From Verrucomicrobiota bacterium (GTDB taxonomy: Bacteria; Verrucomicrobiota; Verrucomicrobiia; Opitutales; UBA953), in contig JAURLX010000003.1 in assembly GCA_030830965.1 (NCBI GenBank), positions 11,157 through 75,156 on the forward strand: DNA of 64,000 bases, read 5' to 3'. The number at the start of each line of letters is the position of its first letter. Positions within the stretch are counted from its first letter, which is position 1. The notes beneath the pieces were generated by a model. It was not told where the DNA came from and searched no databases. It was given only the letters and a program-made list of their open reading frames with translations. Shown here one piece after another: positions 56,492 to 64,000 of the stretch. A program made the translations under genes and the position numbers.

Positions 56492-57646
56492 TCAGAGCTG
56501 CCTCACGCCGCCCAGCCACACCTCCTTGACGGAGGGCGGGGCCGTCGACCCGTCCCAGTCGAATAAAAGGATGTCGGCGCGCGAATCCGGAGCCAGCACC
56601 CCCCTGCCCTTGGCCCACCTGCCGGGATTGGCCGATACCAAGGTCAACGCATCGCCGAGGGTGAGCGCAGCCTGATGCACAAGCACAGGGATTGACGCGA
56701 TCAACGGCAAGGCCGCGCCGGCGAGATAGTTGCCGGTGCCGTCGTCCAGGGCCAGAAACCCGTCCTCCCGGAGGATGACCTTGCCGCCGACGGAGGTGGC
56801 GTAACGTCCGGCGGGCATGCCGCCGAGCGCCACGGTGTCCGAGACGACGAGCGACCGCGAAAGGCCCTTCGCGCGCAGCATCGACTTGAGGGCCGAAGGG
56901 ACGAGGTGATGCCCGTCGGCGATGAACATGGCGGTAAGCGCGTCGTCCGCCAGCTGAGGCCAGAGGACGTTGCGCCGACGGTCGAGCATGGCGCTGCATC
57001 CGTTGCCGAGGTGGGTCGAGAGGCGGGCGCCCGCCGCGACGGCGGACGCGATGCGGGATTCGTCGGCCGAGGTGTGGCCGAGGGAGACGTTGACTCCCTC
57101 GGCGACGAGATGACGCACGTAATCGGGCGCCTCGGGCCAGTGGGAAGAAAGGGTCACCAACGTGATCAGGCCTCCGGCGGCCTCCTGCCAGCGATCGAAC
57201 TCGTGGACTGAGGGAGGACGGACATGGGCCGCCGGATGCGCGCCGCGGGGCCCGTCCTCGGGCGCGATGTGCGGGCCTTCCACATGGATGCCGACGATCA
57301 TCTCGGCCGCCACGGGGTCGGACTGGACGGCTTCGCGTACGGCCTTCAGGGCCTGCAGGATGGCCGCCTCCGAGTTGGTGATGACGGTCGGAAGGAAGGC
57401 GGTCACGCCCACCTTCAGCATCTCCTGACAGAGGCGGGAGATCTCTGACGCGGAGGGCGAGGCCGCGTTGACGTCGCAACCCATGTATCCGTTCACCTGA
57501 AGGTCGACCAGGCCCGGGGCGACCCAGGACTTGACGTCGTGGGACTCCTCGCGGACGGCGCGCACGAGGCCCCCGGACACCTCGACCGCGACCGGACGCG
57601 AGGTGACGGGGTCGATTCCGCGGATGATCTGCGCGTCGCCAGGCAT
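56492..57646 (-). CDS. nagA: N-acetylglucosamine-6-phosphate deacetylase
   Basis: ORF 56492..57877 trimmed to the ATG at 57646. PGLVDLQVNGYMGCDVN, HVEGPHI, LGHTSAD and THLGNG. 384 aa. The start lies 1 nt after the nagB stop. Confidence 0.85.
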   Translation of the reverse strand: MPGDAQIIRGIDPVTSRPVAVEVSGGLVRAVREESHDVKSWVAPGLVDLQVNGYMGCDVNAASPSASEISRLCQEMLKVGVTAFLPTVITNSEAAILQALKAVREAVQSDPVAAEMIVGIHVEGPHIAPEDGPRGAHPAAHVRPPSVHEFDRWQEAAGGLITLVTLSSHWPEAPDYVRHLVAEGVNVSLGHTSADESRIASAVAAGARLSTHLGNGCSAMLDRRRNVLWPQLADDALTAMFIADGHHLVPSALKSMLRAKGLSRSLVVSDTVALGGMPAGRYATSVGGKVILREDGFLALDDGTGNYLAGAALPLIASIPVLVHQAALTLGDALTLVSANPGRWAKGRGVLAPDSRADILLFDWDGSTAPPSVKEVWLGGVRQL

Positions 57647-57647
57647 G

Positions 57648-58403
57648 TCATCCCCGCTCCGGCGGTCGGGACAGCCCGGATGCGGAAGCCTGGTCAAGGT
57701 AGAGCGTGCAGTCCGCGTGCCCCTGCACAACCGAGGCGGGGCAATGCGGCGTGACCGGTCCTTCCACCGCGCCCTTGACGGCGGCGGCCTTGCGCTGGTC
57801 GGGCACGGAGAGGATGATCTTCTTCGAGCGCATGATCTCTCGGATCGACATCGAGACCGCCTGCTTCGGCACGTCATCCATGGTCAGGAACCAGCCCTCG
57901 CCGAACTGCTGCCGGCGGCAGGCATCGTCCAGGTCGACCACGATGTAAGGCCGGGCGGTCTCGAAGTCCGCCGGCGGATCGTTGAAGGCCAGATGCGAAT
58001 TCTCACCGATGCCGGCGAAGCAGACCTCGATCGTCGCCCTGGAGATCAGGGAGGAGAGCCGTTCCAGCTCGGCATGGAGATCCTTGGCGTCTCCGTCCAC
58101 CGGGATGAACTCGGGGCGGGCAGGCAGCAGGTTCACGAAGCGCTCGCGGAGATACTTCCGGAAGCTGGCGTCGTGGGATTCGGGCAGGCCGACATACTCG
58201 TCGAGGTGGAAGACCGTGACCTTGGACCAGTCGATGCCGGGCGCCTTCACGAGCGCCTTGAGCGTCTCGAACTGGCTGGCGCCGGTGGCGACGATGATGC
58301 TGATGCGGCCCTGCTTCGCGAGCGCCTGGCGGATCGCCTCGGCGCCCTGGGCGGCCGCAGCCTCCCCCATGGCGGTCGCGTCCTGGAAAGTCCTGATCTT
58401 CAT
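57648..58403 (-). CDS. nagB: Glucosamine-6-phosphate deaminase
   Basis: [28 protein letters not shown] and [16 protein letters not shown]. 251 aa. Confidence 0.92.
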   Translation of the reverse strand: MKIRTFQDATAMGEAAAAQGAEAIRQALAKQGRISIIVATGASQFETLKALVKAPGIDWSKVTVFHLDEYVGLPESHDASFRKYLRERFVNLLPARPEFIPVDGDAKDLHAELERLSSLISRATIEVCFAGIGENSHLAFNDPPADFETARPYIVVDLDDACRRQQFGEGWFLTMDDVPKQAVSMSIREIMRSKKIILSVPDQRKAAAVKGAVEGPVTPHCPASVVQGHADCTLYLDQASASGLSRPPERG

Positions 58404-58483
58404 GTCGGGGTGCGGACAGACTGACGCAACCCTCCGCCCGCGGGCAAGCGCCTAACGGCGCCCTTGCCGCGAGCTCACGGCCT

Positions 58484-59818
58484 TCAGCCCGCGAGCTCGA
58501 GCCCCCTGAGCGTGCCGGTGGACGAGGCGAACCTGTCCGCTTCGATGCCCATGCGCTGCAGCATGGAGACGTAAAGGTTCGGCAGGGGGTAGTTGTTAAC
58601 CGTGTCGAAGACGTGGTGCTGGCCGTGACGGAACCCTCCGCCCATGAGTAGGGTCGGCAGGTTCGTGGTCACGTGGGTGCTGGCGTTGCCGAGGTTGCTG
58701 CCGTAGAGGATCATCGTACGGTCGAGCAGCGGCGCGCCGTCCTCCTTCGCCTGCTTGAGGTCGGACATCAGCCCGGCGAGCAGGGTCATGTGCATGCCGT
58801 CGATCTTCTTCAGCTGTTCGAGCTTCTTGGCCGAGCGGCCGTGGTGCGAGAGGCTGTGATAGCCGTCGGTCGTAGTGTGCTCGTGGTCGATGTCCAGGAC
58901 CGGGGTGTTGACGCTGTCCAGCATCAGCGTGACGGCGCGGGAGGAGTCGGTCTCGAAGCAGAGACGGGCCATGTCGTACATCAGGCGCACCTTGTCCATG
59001 TACTCCTTGGGGCTGGCGGGATCGCGCGGGGCCGACGTGGTCGCCACGGGGCGGGGCTTGCGCTCCCATTCCTTGGCCATCTGCATCCGCTTCTCGAGCT
59101 CGCGGACGCTGGTGAAGTACTGGTCGATGCGATCGCGGTCCCTCGCCCCCGTCGCGCGCCGGAGCTCCCCCGCCTGGTCGCCCACCGCGTCCAGGATGCT
59201 CTGGCCGAGCTGCAGACGGCGCTCATGAGCCGCCACTTCGGCCTCGCTGCCGCCCATGAACATCCTACGGAAGACCTCGGAAGGGCGATCCTCCGTGGGG
59301 ATCATCACGCCGCCGGCGGTCCAGGAGAGACTGCGGGCGCCGCGCGAGCAGTTTACGCCGAGCGTCATCGAGGGGAAGCGCGTGAGATGGCCGATGCGCT
59401 CGGCCATGAACTGGTCGAGCGAGATGGTATTGCGGAAGCCACCGCTGCTCGGATGAGGAGCGGCGGTGAGGAAGCAGTTGTCCGCGGGATGGCCGCCGTC
59501 GACGTCGGGATGCGAGACGCCGGAGAAGACGCTGAAGTCGTTGCGGTGCGCCTGCAGGAGCTGGAGATAGGGCGAAGGCCGGTAATCCCTGCCCTTCCCG
59601 GTCGGGAAGAAGTAGTCGGGCACCAGGCCGAGGTTATTGCAGATACCCAGCATGCGTCTCGGCTTGGCCGCGGCCGCGGGGGTGGCCGCGAACGCCGGAG
59701 TCATGGCCTCGAGCATCGGCAGGGCCATGAGCACGCCGGCTCCGGCGAGGAAGCGGCGCCGCGACACGGCGCGCTTGAACGCGACGAAGGGGGCTTGGGC
59801 AGGGCGGAAGGAGGCCAT
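58484..59818 (-). CDS. DUF1552 domain protein (Tat signal)
   Basis: [22 protein letters not shown]-terminus typical of DUF1552. 444 aa. Paired with DUF1592 upstream, as is usual in Planctomycetota/Verrucomicrobiota. Confidence 0.8.
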   Translation of the reverse strand: MASFRPAQAPFVAFKRAVSRRRFLAGAGVLMALPMLEAMTPAFAATPAAAAKPRRMLGICNNLGLVPDYFFPTGKGRDYRPSPYLQLLQAHRNDFSVFSGVSHPDVDGGHPADNCFLTAAPHPSSGGFRNTISLDQFMAERIGHLTRFPSMTLGVNCSRGARSLSWTAGGVMIPTEDRPSEVFRRMFMGGSEAEVAAHERRLQLGQSILDAVGDQAGELRRATGARDRDRIDQYFTSVRELEKRMQMAKEWERKPRPVATTSAPRDPASPKEYMDKVRLMYDMARLCFETDSSRAVTLMLDSVNTPVLDIDHEHTTTDGYHSLSHHGRSAKKLEQLKKIDGMHMTLLAGLMSDLKQAKEDGAPLLDRTMILYGSNLGNASTHVTTNLPTLLMGGGFRHGQHHVFDTVNNYPLPNLYVSMLQRMGIEADRFASSTGTLRGLELAG

Positions 59819-59827
59819 CGGACTAAA

Positions 59828-62395
59828 TCACTTGTTGAGGAAGAGCTCGCTGGTGACAAGCCCGCGGACCAGGTCGCGGACTCCATAACGGCCGGCCTTG
59901 GCCCCGTCCAGGATGGCCTCGACCTTGGCGCGGTCGGCGAATCCGACGGGCGTGCCGGTGGCGTAGACGACAAGCTGGCCGACGAGATTGCGCGCCAGCT
60001 GACGCTCATCGGCGGCGACCAGGCGCTTGAACTCGCGGACGTCCTTGAAGGGCTTGGCGTCGAGCTCGCCGTGAGCCTCCACGGCCAAGGCGTCATGGAA
60101 GGCGAAAGGTTGCCCGTTCTTCCCGATGCCGACCTCGGGGGTCTTGCCATCGAGCGCCCGGTAACGTTCGCGGAACCCGCCCATGACGTCGAAGCTCTCC
60201 AGCGCGAAGCCGGGCGGATCGATCTTGGCGTGGCAGGCGGCGCAGGACTCCAAGGTCCGGTGCTTCTCGAGCTGCTGGCGGATCGTGACGGCCCCGCGCG
60301 TGTCGGGCTCGACGGCGGGCACGCTCGGAGGCGGGGGCGGCGGCTTGCGACCGAGGATCCTCTCCATCACCCAGGCACCCCGGATGACGGGCGAGGTGGT
60401 GGTGCCGTTGGCCGTCACCTTGAGGACCGCGGCCTGGGTCATGAAGCCGCCACGTACGCTGCCGGGAGGCAAGGTGACCTTCCGGAGCCTGGCGCCGGTC
60501 ACGGGCGGCAGCCGATAGAGGGCCGCGAGTCGTTCGTTCACGAAGACGAAATCCGCGTCGACGACGGCGCGCGCCGGAAGGTTGGCGCGCAGGAGTTCGG
60601 CGAAGGTGGCACGGCTTTCGTCGCGGGCGGACTCCAGCAGGTGGTCATCCAGATAGTAGTCGGGATAAAGCAGGCTGTCCGGGTCGTTCGCGCCGGCCTT
60701 GCGCAGGTCGAGCCAGTAGTCGGTGAACGATTCGGTGAAACGGGCCGAGCGGACGTCGTCGAGCAGACGATCGGCCTGCGCGCGCAGCACGGCGGGGTCG
60801 CGCAGCTTGCCGGCGGCCGCCAGGGAGCGGAGCTCGTCGTCGGGCGGCGAATTCCAGAGGAAGAAGCCCAGCCTCGAGGCGACCGCATGACCGTCGAGGG
60901 GCCCCGGCGTCTCCCGCAGGTACAGGAAAGAGGGCGAGCAGAGCACGGCGGCGTAGCCCGAGAGCATCGCCTCGGCGAACGAACCGCCGGATTTCAGAGC
61001 GTCGCGGATGACCGGCAGGAAACGAACCTCCTCGGCCGTGGAGACCGGGCGGCGGTAGGCGGAACGCACGAATCTTCTGAGCAGTCTCTCCGCGTCCGCG
61101 TCCGGATCGCGCGGCGTCACGGCGTACGGCAGGGCAGCGCCCTTGGAGGCAGGCTTGACGGGCAGGTCGTCGAAAAGGACGGCGTAAGGCGCGGCGGGCC
61201 ACTGCGGGGCCAAGGGGCCCTTCACGTCGATCCACCTCATCACCAGGCCCGGCTGCCCTTCCGGCGTCGCGAGCGGATTGGTGGCCCGAGCCGCTCCGGG
61301 CCGGGAGCGGAAGAACCGGGTCACGTCGATCTGGATGCTCTCCCCGGCCTTCAGGAAGACGTCCAGTTCAGCGACGGTCACGTCGGTCCCGAGGTCGATC
61401 GTGCCGATGCGACGCAGGACGCGGGGCGGGGTCAGGGCGTAGACCGTCACCGGCTCGGCGCGACGGCCTTCGGAGATGTCATCCAGGTCGGGAGTCTGCC
61501 AGCGCACCTTGCCCTTGGACTGGGTCTTGCCGGGCCCGACCCAGACCGAGTGACCGCAGAGCTTGATCAGATACCGGCCCGACTGCGGCGCGCGGAAGGT
61601 GCCGAAGAACGGCTCCACCGGCTCATAAGAACCGTGCACCACGCCCACGCCCTCCTGGTCGCGCAGCACACGGTCGCTCCGGCCGACGGTCACCGGCGCA
61701 CGACCGGCGCGGACCTCGGGCTGCCCCTTGAAACCCAGGGTCGGGAAGGTGGCGCGCTCGGGCGACTGGTTGAACTCCGAGAATTTCATCCTGCCGACAT
61801 AGCCTCCCTGCATGCGGGCGTAATGCCGGTGGCTCTCCGACTCATCCGGCGCCACCGAGGACACAAAGGCCGACCGAAGGGCTTCCTCGGCCGCCTGCAG
61901 CGTGCGTTGCAGCTGGACGTGCGAGACGTCCAGGGCCTCGCCGCTCTTGTTGAAACGGTGCGCCTCGGTGTCCTCGGGCAGGGATTCCTTGATGTCCAGC
62001 CACGGCGCCTTGAGGAGGTCGCGGACGGCGTTCTCGTATTCGAACCGGTTCATCCTGCGCTCCACCGAGCGACCTTGGGCGGCGATGCGGGCTGACTCCT
62101 CGCGGAGGATGCGGGCGGAGAGGTCTCCGAGGAAGGCGGCCTGGGCGGCGGGCTCAGGACGTTCCTTCTTCTTGGGCGGCATCTCCCCGCTGGTCGTGCG
62201 GTCGTGGATCTTCACCCAGACGGCGAGCGTCTTCGGGTCGCTCAAGTCGGACTTGAGGGCCGTCATGTCCAATCCGCCCTTCTTGGTTTCGGCATCATGG
62301 CACTCGACGCAGTGCCTCTCAAGAAAAGGAGATGCGGCGGCTCGGCCGGCGGCCGGCCAGAGCAGCAGAAGGGCGAGGACGACCTTGGATTCCAT
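59828..62395 (-). CDS. DUF1592/DUF1595/DUF1587/DUF1588/DUF1585-type protein with an N-terminal cytochrome-c-like CxxCH
   Basis: A signal peptide then FLERHCVECHDAETKKGGLDM. 855 aa. A second CAACH lies near the C-terminus. This is the architecture of the planctomycete cytochrome C family. Confidence 0.8.
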   Translation of the reverse strand: MESKVVLALLLLWPAAGRAAASPFLERHCVECHDAETKKGGLDMTALKSDLSDPKTLAVWVKIHDRTTSGEMPPKKKERPEPAAQAAFLGDLSARILREESARIAAQGRSVERRMNRFEYENAVRDLLKAPWLDIKESLPEDTEAHRFNKSGEALDVSHVQLQRTLQAAEEALRSAFVSSVAPDESESHRHYARMQGGYVGRMKFSEFNQSPERATFPTLGFKGQPEVRAGRAPVTVGRSDRVLRDQEGVGVVHGSYEPVEPFFGTFRAPQSGRYLIKLCGHSVWVGPGKTQSKGKVRWQTPDLDDISEGRRAEPVTVYALTPPRVLRRIGTIDLGTDVTVAELDVFLKAGESIQIDVTRFFRSRPGAARATNPLATPEGQPGLVMRWIDVKGPLAPQWPAAPYAVLFDDLPVKPASKGAALPYAVTPRDPDADAERLLRRFVRSAYRRPVSTAEEVRFLPVIRDALKSGGSFAEAMLSGYAAVLCSPSFLYLRETPGPLDGHAVASRLGFFLWNSPPDDELRSLAAAGKLRDPAVLRAQADRLLDDVRSARFTESFTDYWLDLRKAGANDPDSLLYPDYYLDDHLLESARDESRATFAELLRANLPARAVVDADFVFVNERLAALYRLPPVTGARLRKVTLPPGSVRGGFMTQAAVLKVTANGTTTSPVIRGAWVMERILGRKPPPPPPSVPAVEPDTRGAVTIRQQLEKHRTLESCAACHAKIDPPGFALESFDVMGGFRERYRALDGKTPEVGIGKNGQPFAFHDALAVEAHGELDAKPFKDVREFKRLVAADERQLARNLVGQLVVYATGTPVGFADRAKVEAILDGAKAGRYGVRDLVRGLVTSELFLNK

Positions 62396-62661
62396 GTAGG
62401 CAATGAGACAGGCGGGGAACCGGCCGGTTTCCCATCATTTTAATCCGCCTGCCTGATTTTGGTTACCCAGCCGAGGGAGCAAAAAGCACGATGCGACCAT
62501 GCGATCCGCCCCTCATCGCCGGGACTCCCTGCGCCAGCTTGGCGAGAACATGCTCAGGGTCCTCAGGGCCAATCAGGTCGGCTGATCTCGGATTCCGCCT
62601 CAGGAATCCCCCTCACGCGTCACGGCTTGAGGCGTCAGTCGTCGCCGGCATCGCCGACAGG

Positions 62662-64000
62662 ATGCTTTCCGTCATCCGTTCGGGCGCGCTGATCGGCGTC
62701 GAGGCCTTGCCGGTCGAGGTCGAGGTCAACTCAGGCGAGATCGGCGAGTTCGGGCTCTGGCTGGTCGGGCTGCCCGACGCCGCGGTGAAGGAATCCGAGG
62801 ACCGGGTGACGTCCGCGCTGCAGAACGCGGGCCTGCGCCTGCCGGAGACGCGCACGACCATCAACCTGGCGCCGGGCGACCTGCGCAAGGAGGGCGCCTT
62901 CTACGACCTGCCCATCGCGCTCGGCCTCGCGGCGGCCACGGGCCAGCTCGACCGGACGCGACTCGGGCAATACCTCATCGCGGGCGAACTCGGGCTGAGC
63001 GGCGGCACGCGGCCGGTGCGCGGCGGCGTGGCCTTCGCGCTCCTGGCGAGAAAGATGGGCCTCAGGGGCGTGGTGCTGCCACGCGCGTCCGCGACGGAGG
63101 CCGCATTGGTCCCGGGCATCGAGGCCTTCGCGGCCGACTCCCTGGACGGGGCCCGGCGCTTCCTCAACGGCGACCGGGGTTTCGAGCCGCTGCCGCCGAC
63201 GACGGCCCAGCCCTTCGCCGCGGGCATCGATCTGCCCGACTTCTCGGAGGTCAAGGGCCAGCTCGCGGTGCGTCGGGCGGTCGAGGTCGCCGCGGCCGGC
63301 GGACACAACCTGCTGCTCATCGGTCCGCCGGGCTCGGGCAAATCGCTCATCGCGAAACGCATCCCGACCGTGCTGCCTGAGCCCGACCCCGAGGAACGGC
63401 TGGAAATCCTTTCCGTGCACTCCGCGGCGGGCACCTGCCCTTCCACCGACGCCCGCGCTTGGTCGCGGCCGTTCCGCTCGCCGCACCATACCATCAGCGA
63501 CATCGGCCTCATCGGCGGCGGCAGCATGCCCGGTCCGGGAGAAGTCTCGCTTGCGCATCGCGGGGTGCTCTTCCTCGACGAGCTGCCGGAGTTTCGTCGG
63601 TCGGCCCTCGAGGTGCTGCGACAGCCGCTGGAGGACGGACAGGTGACCGTCTCACGTGCGGCCGCCAAGGTCACCCTCCCCTCTCGCATCATGCTCGTCG
63701 CGGCCATGAATCCCTGCCCCTGCGGGCACCTCGGGGACCGCATGCGCGAATGTCGCTGCACGCCGTCGCAGGTGCGGCGCTACCGCTCCCGCGTCTCCGG
63801 ACCGCTGCTCGACCGCATCGACGTCCAGGTCGAGGCGCCCGCGCTGACCATCGAGGAGCTGAGGTCCGCCGCACCCGGCGAGGGCTCGGCGGACATGCGC
63901 GCGAGGGTCGAGTCGGCCCGGGCGATCCAGCGGCTGCGGTTCACTGGCCGGTCCGGGGGCTGCAACGCCATCCTCAGCGGACGCGAACTGAGGGAGCACT
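62662..64000 (+). CDS. comM: YifB/ComM-family Mg-chelatase-like AAA+ ATPase (3' end off window)
   Basis: Not in the ORF track because there is no stop in the window. My translation from the ATG at 62662 gives [23 protein letters not shown]...[20 protein letters not shown]...[22 protein letters not shown], then Walker [14 protein letters not shown] and [11 protein letters not shown]. Confidence 0.9.
   Translation, partial: MLSVIRSGALIGVEALPVEVEVNSGEIGEFGLWLVGLPDAAVKESEDRVTSALQNAGLRLPETRTTINLAPGDLRKEGAFYDLPIALGLAAATGQLDRTRLGQYLIAGELGLSGGTRPVRGGVAFALLARKMGLRGVVLPRASATEAALVPGIEAFAADSLDGARRFLNGDRGFEPLPPTTAQPFAAGIDLPDFSEVKGQLAVRRAVEVAAAGGHNLLLIGPPGSGKSLIAKRIPTVLPEPDPEERLEILSVHSAAGTCPSTDARAWSRPFRSPHHTISDIGLIGGGSMPGPGEVSLAHRGVLFLDELPEFRRSALEVLRQPLEDGQVTVSRAAAKVTLPSRIMLVAAMNPCPCGHLGDRMRECRCTPSQVRRYRSRVSGPLLDRIDVQVEAPALTIEELRSAAPGEGSADMRARVESARAIQRLRFTGRSGGCNAILSGRELREH

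Noticed and set aside
58673-62095. 1140-aa plus-strand ORF
   Set aside because: It is antisense to the DUF1552 and DUF1592 genes. It shows the same GC-driven artefact, with a low-complexity product.

Overview
This window is a densely packed, GC-rich chromosomal core segment of a Gram-negative bacterium. G+C is roughly two thirds by eye, with a strong GC3 bias. I call about 60 protein genes and one tRNA-Gln, and intergenic space is very small. The gene content suggests the PVC superphylum, most likely Verrucomicrobiota; this is inference only. The clues are a DUF1592/DUF1552 pair, a Tat-signal Gfo/Idh/MocA oxidoreductase, an M60-like peptidase, nagBA and the LPS genes waaA and lptB.

Most genes are housekeeping:
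- Translation: rpsO, pnp, rpsB, tsf, efp, frr, pyrH, der, fmt, aat, yhbY and a pseudouridine synthase.
- Amino-acid and cofactor synthesis: trpD, aroG, aroK, leuC, leuD, ilvE, folD, purU, nadA and ispA.
- Central metabolism: sucCD, pta and glgC.
- Envelope: waaA, lptB and a giant LptA-like protein.

I saw no CRISPR array, transposase, integrase or phage genes, and no recognisable defence system.

The most unusual items are:
1. An uncharacterised three-gene envelope cassette led by an ABCG-like half-transporter (36165-40241), with a divergent secreted protein next to it.
2. An EF-P whose functional loop tip lacks the conserved Lys/Arg.
3. A 96-aa unknown ORF translationally coupled between leuC and leuD.
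4. A 704-aa multi-domain LptA-like protein.
5. A Fur-like regulator without the His-rich sensing motif, coupled by ATGA to nadA.
6. A split and permuted Pta.
7. A recurring TTGAC[TC]CCCC motif at fixed distance from start codons.
8. A perfect 17-bp hairpin upstream of folD.

The ORF track uses GTG/TTG as well as ATG starts. It also contains many long antisense or extended ORFs that are GC-driven artefacts. I trimmed starts by reading the DNA. All family assignments come from motif recognition by eye, not from database searches.
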